From positions 3,533,121 through 3,579,166 of the forward strand of contig JARFOE010000013.1 in NCBI GenBank assembly GCA_031763465.1: a stretch of 46,046 bases of DNA, written 5' to 3'. Shown piece after piece: positions 13,063 to 25,200 of the stretch. A program made the position numbers and the translations under genes. Source of the stretch: Squatina squatina. Lineage: Eukaryota. Every line of letters begins with the position of its first letter. Position 1 is the stretch's first letter. The notes beneath the pieces are model-generated. The model saw nothing but the letters and a program-made list of their open reading frames with translations, ran no database searches and had not been told where the DNA came from.

Positions 13063-13690
13063 TAGTAACCACCGCAAGCAGTGACTGTCCAATATAAATA
13101 ACATGCTGCCCACCGATTCACCTCTGATTGGAGAGGAGCTGATAATGCTGCCGGAAATTGAAAGCTCGCCCACTTGTAGGGCTAGAATCCTTTTTTTAAA
13201 AGAAGAAGTGGTACCCACTTTCTGGGTGTTGGGTATGAAGCTGGGACCTTCCCAGTCTGTATTGCTCAACTCCACAGTGGACAATGGATTTACCAACTGA
13301 AAGCGTATGGGAAATTTCCCCCCGCATTCACAAAGTTCACAAATGACCTCCACTCGACAAGAGGTCAAGTTCCTTCTGGGTACTATACACTTTCTCAAAG
13401 CTTTAAGAAGATAAGTTACCCTTGTGTAAGTCTTTCTTTAAATTTTGAATCGCGTTTTCTGTTTTTTTGTTCTCCAAATGGCACAACACCCACATTTAAT
13501 AATGATAAGCAGAAACTGTGCAGCCCAATTCGCATGACAGAGTGTGCACTGTGTATCGGGAAAACATAATCTCCACCGATGTGGATTTCGCTGTATCTTA
13601 GTAATATGTTTTCACTCGGTTGGCCAAATAAAGCTACTATGTGGTAGATTAAACAAGAATATTGTAGTGATTTTAATCCTTTTTCCATAG

Positions 13691-13808
13691 GCTGAGGAGA
13701 CAGCAGACAGGTTCACTGTTTGGAATAAAGCGAAGCTCAGTGTATAACCCTGATGATTCCGGAGAAGCAATCAGTGAAGAAGACGACCTGGAACTCGAAG
13801 TGAAATAA
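13691..13808 (+). CDS. CCDC102B: Coiled-coil domain-containing 102 family, last coding exon (CCDC102B by synteny)
   Basis: Acceptor ttttccatag, phase 2; (R)LRRQQTGSLFGIKRSSVYNPDDSGEAISEEDDLELEVK*; resembles the CCDC102A-type C-terminus (RLRRQQ..LFG..R...acidic..L.I.V); lies upstream of DOK6 in the same orientation. Confidence 0.8.
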
Positions 13809-14129
13809 GATGCCAGATCAAGTGTAACAACTGTGAAAACAGGAAAGCTGGTAAAAGAGTGGAATCCTCAACAAAATGGCTTCAACAAGTTCCAGATTTC
13901 ACAAATCCTGCAATCTGACCAGCAGCAAGATACCGTGGTCCTGCTTGGCAAGCAATAGAAGAATCAGTCTATAATCAGTGGATTCAGTACATCCCAAAGC
14001 CACGCAGTGGACTTGTTAAATTATACTGAAGGGGACATTTCTACATCTTCATACTCAAACGGATATATCATTATACCAGGCTTACAGCAGGAACACATGT
14101 CAGTAATCACCAAGGTCAAATTAGAAAAT

Positions 14130-14167
14130 AAGAACATAAGAAATAGGAGCAGGAGTAGGCCATTCGA
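14130..14167 (-). mobile_element. CR1 LINE / related SINE 3' tail fragment
   Basis: AAGAACATAAGAAATAGGAGCAGGAGTAGGCCATTCG is the reverse complement of the CR1 tail seen at 29500-29558; a similar copy lies at ~34270-34346. Confidence 0.65.
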
Positions 14168-14430
14168 NNNNNNNNNNNNNNNNNNNNNNNNNNNNNNNNN
14201 NNNNNNNNNNNNNNNNNNNNNNNNNNNNNNNNNNNNNNNNNNNNNNNNNNNNNNNNNNNNNNNNNNNACACACAAGATTTCTTTAACTGACACAAGCCTG
14301 TTTTCGTTTTGGGGATTAAAAATGCTCTGATCTGTGTGCCGTGTGATTTGGCCATAGATGAATTAGGGATTAATCTTACCATTACAGGAACATAACGCAG
14401 GTTGTATGTATGATAATGTTTTCCTGTATG

Positions 14431-14436
14431 AATAAA
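14431..14436 (+). terminator. Candidate polyadenylation signal for CCDC102B
   Basis: AATAAA in AT-rich, TGTA-containing sequence downstream of the stop; a gap lies between the two. Confidence 0.35.
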
Positions 14437-17199
14437 ACTGAAAACAATTAATGTATGAAATGTTCCCCTTGCTGACCCTTGAACTTATTCACACTTGTAT
14501 GGGTAGAGAAAACGTCAGAATGAAAGACAAAGGAAAAGAGTGATTCATGATCATGATGTAGGTGCAGTGTTTAGTCTGCAGGTCAGAGCAACTGAAAGAC
14601 TAGGAGAAGGGATTCATGCAATGAAAATTATGATTATTGGTTAGAGTTTAGATTTGTTGACGTAATGACGTATATTAAGGAGAACAGAAAGCATTACAAC
14701 AAAAAATGTTATAATCAAAATGTTTCAGAATTGTGCTGTGATAACTGCACTTACACCATTAAGCAATGAATATAAGTGGGCTCCACTGGACTATTAGTTT
14801 ATTAACTACAAGAGTCATAGGCTTCAAATGGAATTGACCAAGTGGAAGATTAACTGCAACTTACCATTTGGCCAGAAGCTAAGGTGGAGAGAGGAAACAA
14901 AAGTTGATTAGCTTGCTGTTAAGATTAGCTGTTTGAATTGCTAAAGGGTGCAGAGGGCAATAATGTGATTAAATTCAAAGAGAGAAATATCAGTTGCTAA
15001 ACTGCCCTAGAGGTGACAGGTATGCTTTTTTTTTGCGATACTGAAAGCATATGGGCCAACAGTGTTGAAACCAGCAGGTCTGAATGATAGCCTGCAGAAA
15101 TATTAGTGCAGTCTCTGTGCAACAGAGATAAAGAAGAAATGTCTACCAGCAACAACACAGAAGATACCACCTACAACAGTAAGACAATATCACGCTCCAG
15201 TGATCTCTCCACAGAACATAACAGACAGAGAAGGGATTTTAATGCAGTTAGATAGCAGATCCCCCACAGCTCAATTTACCCTGCTCGATGCCAGCTGACC
15301 TTTGCTGGGAGACTCCTCACTCTCTGCAACTGGGAGAACTTAAAGGTGAAAGAATTCTCTGCCAGATCCATTGTCAGAGATTGATATCAACTCATACCTT
15401 GATTTGAGATTTTTCAAAGTTTATTCTAACTAACCTGAGTGAGGTAAAGTGTCAGGAAACGTTAAAGGCATTGTCTTGTTCCTTTTCATCTATTTAAACC
15501 AAAGGACTTTGTCACAGTGAAATGACAGAATTGATATTAGCTGTTTAAATGTGGATGTATGATTGTATGTACAATATGTTATATCGACATCGATTTTACC
15601 CTTTCCGGAAGTACATTATAAGATCATTGTTTTAGTTGACGTTTTTGGCTTAATCTAGATGAGACACACTGGCCTTGATATTAACCCCAGTCCCCCAATT
15701 CCCCCACGATGGGCAGAAAAGGGGCAGGGAGGGTGGTGGTAATAGAGTGAAATATGTGGATTGCAATCCCAACCCACCGTGCAGGCATCTGCCGCCTTTT
15801 TTACGGAGGCAGATATCGGGGAGTCTGAGTATCCTGCCAAGGAGAGGCAGGATATTTAATTAACATATTTAGATATTTAGGGGGTGAAATTCGGCAGGGT
15901 GTGAAATTGGGTTAATGCCTACTTAAGGCGTCAACGGGACACTAAACATTCTTTGGGTGCTCAATCNNNNNNNNNNNNNNNNNNNNNNNNNNNNNNNNNN
16001 NNNNNNNNNNNNNNNNNNNNNNNNNNNNNNNNNNNNNNNNNNNNNNNNNNNNNNNNNNNNNNNNNNCAGGGTAATCGCGCTACCCAATTTAGCCCCCAAG
16101 GACACTAAAGGCAAAGTGTGGAGGACTTTGCATCTTGCAGAGTCACCCGTGATCTGCCAATTGTAGAATATTAAGGCTCTCTTTAATTATGTTAAGCTGT
16201 ACTCGCATATTTCTGTTAGTATGTCTTCTTGGATTCGAATAGCACCTTGTGAATATTTATTTGCCAGTTAAAGAAACCACAAATCAGTTCAAAATAATGC
16301 TGACTCCAGCAGAATCCTATTTCAGTTTGTCAGTGGGAAGAAGGGAAAAAAAGCACAATGAACACGTGGGCCGATAACAAGGGCTTCGCTCAAAATGTAA
16401 TTTTCCAGAAAGTAACATTCAAGATGAAATCTGGTAATAAGATTGCCGCAGAATGTCAAGTGGCTGCTACTACTCCTTAGTGTGAGATTTCCATGACCTA
16501 CGTTGAAGGAACTCTGGATATTTGTATCAGACTGCAGTGACAAGAAAATGGTAACAAAGTGTTTATATACACATGAACATTGCATGTAGAGAGATGCAAT
16601 AGAGGGGAATTGACAACGAAAAGTGACATTATCAGATAAATCATGATGGTACTATGGATTCTCCTTGTGAAGGGTCTTGTTTGACAGAGTGATATGTTCA
16701 AGTGAGTTCATGCAGTAAGTTAGAGCTGATGCAAGACTGAAAACTTATTTTTTTTATAGAACATGACAGACTACCATTCCCCTGTCGTACTGGATTAGGC
16801 CACTTATGCTGACTGCCTTACTAATGCATGGGAACTTTACTTTTGATTTCTGACTCTGAACAATGGAATCCTAGAAGGATGGAACACACCCCAATCATCT
16901 CTCTAGCCTATTGTCTCCTGTCTTTTGGTTTGGGCCATTAACTTCTGCTCCAGAAAATCCAAAGCCAACACCGACTCTGACTTACCAATGAATAAAGGGA
17001 GATTTCTTTTGCTCTTGTTTTGAAACATTTGTTCGAAATCTTTTATATGTGGGTTAGGGGGAAAAATAAGCAATTGATTTTGAATATGTAAATTTAGTGC
17101 AATAAGCTAAATTTAATAAGCATTATCTACTCAAGCTTATAGGATTTATGATTATTAGGGAAATATGAAAAATACATTGATGGTCATTAAGGGCAATTA

Positions 17200-17272
17200 A
17201 CAGACAATTAGAGATGAGCAATAAATGTTGGCCTTGCCTGCAATGCCCACATCCTGGAACGAATAAAAAAAA
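17200..17272 (+). mobile_element. CR1-type LINE 3' end
   Basis: CAATTAGAGATGAGCAATAAATGTTGGCCTTGCCTGCAATGCCCACATCCTGGAACGAATAAAAAAAA, a typical chondrichthyan CR1 3' terminus with an A-rich tail. Confidence 0.6.
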
Positions 17273-17275
17273 TAT

Positions 17276-17928
17276 TCTTTTGATAATTTCCAAGGAACCT
17301 GTTTTCTTAACAACTCATTCAGTGGATGTAACAATGTAGCCAAGCTTGGGAGGAACTTCTAGCAATAATTCAAAAGACCCAAAAATGATCAGTGACATTC
17401 TTGGGAGTGGGTGCATTTCTGAGTGCATCCAGCTTCCCCTTAGTTGGATGTAAACCACCTTTGTCTACTCTATGCCCAAAGTACTCCACTGAGTTTTGAA
17501 ACATCTCACACTTGTAAGCAGTCACTTGTAGTCAGTGCTTCTCTAGCCACTTGAGCACTTAATTCAACACCTCATCATGGATTTGTCTGTTCGGTGCTGA
17601 AATGACTATGTCATCCAAATAACACATTACCCCTTCAATCCCTTGCAAATTTTGGCCCATCACCCCCTGGAATATGTTGGGAGCGGAAAACACTCCAAAT
17701 GGTAGCCTATTGAATGGATATAGGCCTAGGTGAGTATTTATAGTCAAGCATGACTTGGACTCTTCATCTAACTCAAGTTGTAGGTAGGCATTTGTTAGAT
17801 CTAACTTTGAAAACATCTGGCCACCTGTCAGCATTGTGAATAAATCTTCCATATTTGGTAATGTATTGGGTAGATTAAACTCTCGAACCTGGTTTACGGT
17901 TACCTTATAATCACCACAAAACCTTACA
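17276..17928 (-). mobile_element. Ty3/Gypsy LTR retrotransposon pol (RT) remnant
   Basis: VRFCGDYKVTVNQ...MEDLF..LTGGQMFSKLDLTNAYLQL...TINTHLGLY.FNRLPFG..SAP.IFQ...CYLDDIVI...FLGLLNY..KFLPSLATLLHPLNELLRK; YLDD motif present; stops and frameshifts. Confidence 0.92.
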
Positions 17929-18215
17929 CAGCGGGACCAGCAGCGAGCACAGGCCTGGTTGGAAACAGAGTGTAGAGCAGAAGGATTTAATGTGCAGAGG
18001 GGAGAGAGGGGCTAGATGCAATGGAACCAGCAGTGAGCGCAGGCCTGGTTGGAAATAGAGTGGAGAGCAGAAGCATTTAAAGTGCATAGGGGAGAGGGGG
18101 CTTGGCACAGCGAGACCAGCAGCGGCTGCAGGCCTGATTGGAAACAGAGCAGACAGCAGAAGGACTTAAAGTGCGGAGGGGAGAAGGAGGCTAGACACAG
18201 CGAGAAGAGCAGAAG
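17926..18215 (+). repeat. ~90-bp tandem repeat (about 3 copies) in a CR1 5' UTR
   Basis: CAGGCCTG(G/A)TTGGAAA recurs at 17950, 18040 and 18129 (periods 90 and 89). Confidence 0.85.
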
Positions 18216-18471
18216 CAGTGGTGTGGCTCCAACTAAATAAAAATCAAAGGGTGACATCACAGGAGAGCAAGTAGGTGATTGATTGGTGAGTCTTACAGCC
18301 TTTTTTGCTCTCCAGGTTAGGGAAGGGGATAAATTAAGAGCTCAGAAACTGTAACTTGCTCATACTTATTAAATTAATAACTTAAAACAGATAAAATAAT
18401 TAAAATAAAACTAAAATTTTGATTGAATAAAAGTGTTAACTGATTAATTATTAAATAAAGCAAGGTTAGAG

Positions 18472-18780
18472 ATGGCAGGGCAAGTGATGTGTTATAACTG
18501 CAGCATGTGGGAGTTGGCAGAGAGCATCACGATCCCGAGCAACCACATCTGCAGCAAGTGTCTGCAGCTCAAGGAACTTTGGCTCAGAGTTGTTGTGCTG
18601 GAGTACGAACTGCAGAGATTGCAATGCATCAGGGAGGGGGAGAGTTACCTGGACACTTTGCTCCAGGAGGTAGTCACATCCTTAAGGTTAAATAGTACTT
18701 TAGAGTTCATCAATGCTCAAGGTCAGGAGGGTGTGACTGTAAGTCAGGAAGGTATGGGGACCCAGGATGTAGTAATGGAG
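18472..18780 (+). mobile_element. CR1 LINE ORF1 N-terminus (zinc finger plus leucine zipper), cut by a gap
   Basis: MAGQVMCYNCSMWE...HICSKCLQLKELWLRVVVLEYELQRLQCIREGESYLD: CxxC...CxxC followed by heptad leucines and the IRE.E.YLD motif of CR1 ORF1. Confidence 0.85.
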
Positions 18781-19069
18781 NNNNNNNNNNNNNNNNNNNN
18801 NNNNNNNNNNNNNNNNNNNNNNNNNNNNNNNNNNNNNNNNNNNNNNNNNNNNNNNNNNNNNNNNNNNNNNNNNNNNNNNNGTGAATTGGGCTTTTGCAAA
18901 AGCCCAATTCACTGTGGACACTAAGGCCTAGTTGTATCAGAGTTTAACCTCACCACGAGGAGCTAAGAGAACATTTTGATCCCTACATAATGGAAATTCC
19001 TTGCAATGTGCATTGCAGGACTGGACTTGTCAAAAAATGACATGAAGAAGAAGGAGGAGGGTCACAATT

Positions 19070-19540
19070 CAGTGTTATCTCCAGCAAAGGGTCTACAGAT
19101 GCTGAATCAATTACCTGCAAGTGTCAGAACTGCAGAGATTATGACAACTTGGGCTTGCTGAGGAAATAATGGCTTAGCTGCAGAATTGATTGCACCTAGT
19201 ATTGAGGGGACTTCAGTGGCTTCGACTGCTCTTCCTGTGGCTGTGAAATTGACAGCAACAATCACAAATATCTGTTGCAAGCACTGAAAGCACCATTAGT
19301 CACAATGCCACCTCCACACCCATTCAACATATGACTGATGCACTGTTCTTGAAAGCTGGCAAAGTCATCTATTTCTTTCAGGAATCCCAAGGGAAACAAT
19401 TGGCAACAAGTCAAATGTTTTTGGCTGTTACAAGGTCTCTCAGAATCTTAGTCTGGATGGAACATAACCAAATAGAGATATAGGCGCTATCAGTCCAGCC
19501 AAATGAATCATAAGGACTTCTGCACCCTCAGTCTACTGAA
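19070..19540 (+). pseudogene. Highly decayed PIF/Harbinger transposase (HARBI1-like), N-terminal half
   Basis: Manual translation: QRVYRC*INYLQVSELQRL*QLGL...TALPVAVKLTAT...QHMTDALFLKAGKVIYF...NHKDFCTLSL, matching the RVYR / ALPVAVKV / VTDALF / NRKGFHSLNVQ landmarks of Harbinger transposases; many stops, so absent from the ORF track. Confidence 0.7.
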
Positions 19541-19869
19541 TAAAATACCCTCTGGCTGAATACCAGATTCTTGAGATCAACACGTGGCTTATGCATCATG
19601 AGGCACTCATTTGATGAGTAGGATGACTAATTGCAAAGCTGGCCTGTGCAAACCAGAATTACGCTGGTGTCCAACAAAACCTCATGGTCATTTCCATGGT
19701 ATGGCCACCATCTATGCCCCATTAAGTCTAAGGGACACAGACTTGTGCATTTGGTTCACAACTAGTTTAGCCATCCATCATAAGATCTGACTGGACCATA
19801 TCACGCGCTATTGAGCCTCACTTTCTTCTGTTCCATGATCATCCTGGATTGCAACTATATGTCCCAGGT

Positions 19870-20453
19870 TCTTTTCTAAAATACCAACCATCTTTCTAAA
19901 CCCATCTTCCCTGACTGCTTCACTCCCACCTCCTATAACAAATGCGGGGAGCTCATGGACTTCTTTATCACTGAGACCATCCATTCAAATGCATCTGCTG
20001 CTTAATCCCTACTCATTGCCCACCAAGCCAAACCTCCTCCAAAACTGTCCTCCCCTAGCCCTGAACCTCTGTCCCCATCTAGTTTCTCTTCTATCTCAAC
20101 CTATACCCTCTCCAAGCTTGTTTCATCCATGAGACCCACCTCCTGCTTTTCTGACCCCATTCCCACTAAACTGCTGACTAGCCAACTTCCCTTCCTGGCC
20201 CTCATACTAGCTGACATGGTAAATGGTTCCCTCTCCTCAGCTACTGTCCCCTTCCATTTCAAAACAGCCTCAAAAAACCTACTCTCGAACCCTCTGTCCA
20301 TGCAAACTACCATCTCATCTCCAATCTCCCATTCCTCTCCAAAGTCTTTAAATGTGTTGTCGTCTCCCAAATCCACACCCACATTTGTCGCAGTTCTCTG
20401 GTTGAATCTCTACAATCAGGTATCTGCCCCTACCATAGCATTGAAACCGACCT
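19870..20453 (+). mobile_element. L2 LINE ORF2 fragment
   Basis: SSMRPTSCFSDPIPTKLLTSQLPFLALILADMVNGSLSSATVPFHFKTA (TC.LDPIPT.LL...N.SL.SG.VP..FK.A pattern of L2 RT N-terminus); C-rich sense strand. Confidence 0.85.
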
Positions 20454-20959
20454 NNNNNNNNNNNNNNNNNNNNNNNNNNNNNNNNNNNNNNNNNNNNNNN
20501 NNNNNNNNNNNNNNNNNNNNNNNNNNNNNNNNNNNNNNNNNNNNNNNNNNNNNCAGTGGGAAGTTAAACCCTCACTCTTGTCCACACTCCCTCATTAATG
20601 GCGATAGTGAGCCTCAAAGACTTGTTCATTTCCTTTTGACTAGTCTGCAGAATTCAACCATTACACATATCAGATTATCTCACCTTTATTTTACTATAAC
20701 AGAAGTCAGCACAATAATTGGGATTCTGTGCCTTGCTATTGGTTTCATTCCTCAATGGTGAATAAAGTTTTAGTGTCATTGTGGCAATGCTTTCAACTGC
20801 AGTGTTTGGCCGGTCCTTTAATGTGGAGGCAGGTAGGGAGCAGGAGGCTAGAAAGAGGTTGGGAAACCCCAAAAAATGGTGACACTGTCACCACTGTTAT
20901 ACACTATTGGCCTGTGACACCATTACTACTGCCCCACACTGCTGGTTGGAGGTCAATAA

Positions 20960-21131
20960 TCTCAGCCCCAGGAGTTCCTCAGGGCAGTGTCCTGGGCCCA
21001 ATCATCTTCAGGTTCTTCATCAATCACCTTCCCTTCAAGTGGGGATGTTCGCTGATGACTGCAGTGTGTTCAGTTCCATTCACAACTCCGCAGATAATGA
21101 AGCAGTCCATGCCTGCATGCAGCAAGACCTG
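20960..21131 (+). mobile_element. CR1 LINE RT fragment
   Basis: GVPQGSVLGPIIF.FFIN.LP / VGMFADDCSVFSSIHNSADNEAVHACMQQDL with a frameshift. Confidence 0.88.
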
Positions 21132-21289
21132 NNNNNNNNNNNNNNNNNNNNNNNNNNNNNNNNNNNNNNNNNNNNNNNNNNNNNNNNNNNNNNNNNNNNN
21201 NNNNNNNNNNNNNNNNNNNNNNNNNNNNNNNCAATCATCAGAAAAGAAATGGAAGGAATCATTAATAGTGTTATCAAGTGGCACTTAAC

Positions 21290-21869
21290 CTGCTCACTGA
21301 TACTTAGTTTGTGTTCTGCCAGGACCACTTGGATCCAGGCCTCATTACAGCCTTGGTCCAAACATAGACACAAGATCTGAATTCTAGAAATGAGGTGAGA
21401 ATGATTTCCCTTGACAGGAAGGCAGCATTTAACTGAGTGTGAATAAAACTGAAGTTAATAGGGATTGGGAGGAAACTTTCCGGTGGCTGTAGTCATACCT
21501 AGCACAAAGTAAGATGGTTGTGGCTGTTAGAGGCCAATCATGTCAGCCCAGAGCCATCACTGCAGGAGTTCCTCAGGGCAGTGTCCTAGGCCAAACTTTC
21601 TTCATCAATGATCTTCCCCCCATCACAAATTCTGAAGTAAGGCTGTTCACTGATGATCACACAATGTTCAACTCAATTTGCAGCTCCTCAGATAATGAAG
21701 CAGTCCATGCCTGCATGCAGCAAGAATTGGACAACATGCAAAATTGGGCCGATAAGTAGGAAGTAACATTCACACCACGTAAGTGTCAGGCAATGATGAT
21801 TTACAACAATAAAGCATTACCATTTCCTCTTGACATTCAAAGGCATTGCCATTGCCAAATCCATTGCCA
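21290..21869 (+). mobile_element. CR1 LINE RT fragment (second copy of the same family)
   Basis: MVVAVRGQSCQPRAITAGVPQGSVLG..FFINDLP...VRLFTDD.TMF...DNEAVHACMQQELDNMQNWADK*. Confidence 0.88.
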
Positions 21870-22119
21870 NNNNNNNNNNNNNNNNNNNNNNNNNNNNNNN
21901 NNNNNNNNNNNNNNNNNNNNNNNNNNNNNNNNNNNNNNNNNNNNNNNNNNNNNNNNNNNNNNNNNNNNNCCTATATTACCTAATGAGTACCTTCGCCACA
22001 AGGACCGCAGTGCTTCCACACCTTGCCAAGCGATGCCCACATTCCCAGCAACGAATTGCTAGGTGCTGAGCCCAATATGGAAATCAGTTTACAGAAAGTA
22101 ATAGCGAGATAGTAATAGT

Positions 22120-22225
22120 TTTCCACATTATAACAGTGACTACACTCAAAGTACTTCATTGACTGTAAAGCGCTTTGAGACATCTGGTGGTCGTGAAAGG
22201 TGCTATATAAATGCAAGTCTGTCTT
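22120..22225 (+). mobile_element. Deu-SINE 3' part / L2-type tail
   Basis: ACAGTGACTACACTCAAAGTACTTCATTGACTGTAAAGCGCTTTGAGACATC...GTGAAAGGTGCTATATAAATGCAAGT; same tail at 26520-26615 and 42690-42750. Confidence 0.75.
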
Positions 22226-25200
22226 TCTCTTTATAGCAACCATGTCAGGCCATTGTTGAAGCTTTTTAAATTGTTTTATTCGTGTTGTCTTTTGAAGAGC
22301 CTTTGCGGCTGTTCCTACTCCTGCTCTACAGCAACACAAAGGATTTCCTAATATTTCTGTTTTTTTCGGAGGAAGAAGAGGGATGCCAAGTTGGTCAGGC
22401 CTGCACCTGAGGTACTCAGCATCCACCTGCTGGTACTCTAGAATATACATCCCTCTGCTTGTCTGGTAAACAGTGCCTGTGGAGGCTACGATTCACAAGA
22501 GAAGCCNNNNNNNNNNNNNNNNNNNNNNNNNNNNNNNNNNNNNNNNNNNNNNNNNNNNNNNNNNNNNNNNNNNNNNNNNNNNNNNNNNNNNNNNNNNNNN
22601 NNNNNNGTAGGTGCTGGCCCAGTTAGGAAGCTGTTTTTTTCATTCGTAGAGATACAGTCACAAAGCAAGGGGTGATTCAACAGCAGTTGTCCACATTAAT
22701 TCAGCCCTTATAGACTGTCCAATGTAGCGCATCAATGACAACATCACTAGTCTTGAACAAAGAGATGCAAGAAAACAATTGAAATGGGAGGGAGATGCTA
22801 ATCATATTCTGAGTGCCTCTTTGATTTTAAAAGGGTTCCGAATAATGTGAATCTCTCTTTTTTAAAAAAATGGAATAAAATAATCAATGGGGGAGTGGGA
22901 AAGGTGGAATAAACATACTGCTGCTGTTTGTCAAGTTAGCAAGTCACATTGTTTTTCAGCTGCAGCTACAATGGAGAGAAGCTTGCCTCTAGCTAGTCGA
23001 CGAGTTGTATCTTTCAGCTCGAGAATGGGGTGTCAGGGAATAAGAGAACTGAACATCTGAAGTGAATTGGCAGCCACATTTAGTGAGGCTAAGCGCCAGA
23101 GATGTGGTTATACTTTGCTGACTATGCTTGCAACGTCAGGTAATCAAAACAGAACTTAATTGAATATTGATTCGCATGTATAAATGTTATACTAACGTGG
23201 AGACTAATATTAAAGCCTCGACCAGCCCATGCCTGAATTGTGCCATACTGGTCAGAAAATAGCTGCAATTCTTAACCTTCTTTCAAATGAGATGTCAATT
23301 ATATTTGGGGATGATTTATATACTCTGTACAAATCTGGCACTGAAGCTGCACGCCATCTGCACCCTGACTGACTTTATGAAAGGATATCAGTTCGATCTT
23401 CTCACCACCTCCTGTATTACAAAAGTTTATTCATTTAGATATTGGATACTTGTGGCAAAAGCTCCCTTGTTTTTCCAGACTTATTTATACAAATTAGGAA
23501 ATGCCATCACAGAGGCTGTAAACAGCAGATTTGTTTCCTTTTCTTGTGTAAGTAATGCCCAGGCCTAATGCAAGTACAAACAATGTTATTACAGTCCAGG
23601 AGAAGAGCACTTACCACTTTGATGCACATCAGTTTTGGTGCATTAGACCTAAAGTGTGTGGGACATTAGAAAGGAAAAGCTTCCTCTGTCTGACCCGTAT
23701 TTTTCTCTCACCATTTCTTTATATTGGTCTCTCTTTTTCTCTCGTACATATACATCTGGGGGCATATTTGCACTGTGTGTAAAATTACAGAAAAAAAACT
23801 GGATAGGCTCATAATGACAGTTTAGGAAAAAAAATCGTAACCTTGCACAAAGGGCAAAATATATAGGCATCTTGATTATTTTCTTCCTCTTTTTTGCTGC
23901 TTTTCCCAGGTGGCTTTGTAGTCTGCAGCTTCAAATAGGCCCTTAAGAAGTGCATGAGGGTAGCTTTGTTTCCCATATCCCTCCTCCCCACCCCCCGCTC
24001 TGCTCGGCATTTTCCCATAAAAACACAAGGCAAACCCACATCCCAATACTTTATGGCACCACCAATGCTTACATACCTCTAGTGGCACAATACACCTTGG
24101 TGCATCTACAGCAAAGTGTACAACAGCAACATGAAATTCAGTTTCAAAATTAGGGCAAAAAATTACTAAAACGTATTTAAAAGATAGTGATTGGAGTCAA
24201 AAATTATCACTGAAAAGCCAATAAAAAACAGTATCTAAACTGACCCGATTTCTTGTTCTTGATATTTCCTTGAAAATTGCTGAGAAAATAAAGACAATGG
24301 TTTGAAACAGTTTATCTTGCTGTTGGGCAACAGTATTTATTTTTTACAATTTAATTCAAAAGGAAATTTGAAACTGAAATTAAACCTGGCTCTTACCTCT
24401 TCTGTTTCGATGCATTTGAATCAGACAAATTATTACAAAATAAAGATCCAAATGTTTTTGTGNNNNNNNNNNNNNNNNNNNNNNNNNNNNNNNNNNNNNN
24501 NNNNNNNNNNNNNNNNNNNNNNNNNNNNNNNNNNNNNNNNNNNNNNNNNNNNNNNNNNNNNNTGTTTGTATTCTAGATTCCAGCATCCACAGTATTTCGC
24601 TTCTGAAGTCATGACAAGGTGTGGCTTCATGGCATTAGCTACCCTCCTGGAAAGGAATTTAAATAAAATTCAATTCAAAATGCCTTCTACACAAATGTTC
24701 TCTATTTTGAAATTAGCTCACAATTTATATGGTGAATTGATGGATTAATTCAGCAGATTGCACCTTGAACTGTTATTTTCTCAGCACATCACCCTTGCTT
24801 CACACTTTAAATCGTTGATAGGCAGTTGGCATCAGTGCTTAACAATAGCTGCCAACACCTGCAATATGACTGTCACAGCCTCTGATCAGATTTATTTGCC
24901 GTGCCTTAAAGCTCACAAGAAAGCTGCCACATCCAAGAGCGAATGTAAATCAATCAGCTTCAGTATGAGGGCGACTACCTGCCTTTCAAACCGTCTTCCA
25001 TTTATTCTTGAAGGAGGATCTTGCCTTCCTATAAATGGTGCTATTTCATTTATATTCTCGTTGCCGTAGTCATAGTACTGCAAACAGTTCTGAATTGCTC
25101 CAGAGAACACGTTTGCTACTGAAAATCTTGCCAACAGCAAACTCCTAATATGGCATGTAATATTATAGAGTGCCTACAAAGCTAACTTAATGTGCCTCAC

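Noticed and set aside
15880-16097. TIR-like ends GGGGGTGAAATT and AATTTAGCCCCC as a single MITE
   Set aside because: They are separated by a 100-N gap and match imperfectly, so they cannot be shown to belong to one element.
17926-18215. Regularly spaced repeats suggestive of a CRISPR array
   Set aside because: Whole 90-bp units repeat with no unique spacers, in a vertebrate LINE context with no cas genes.
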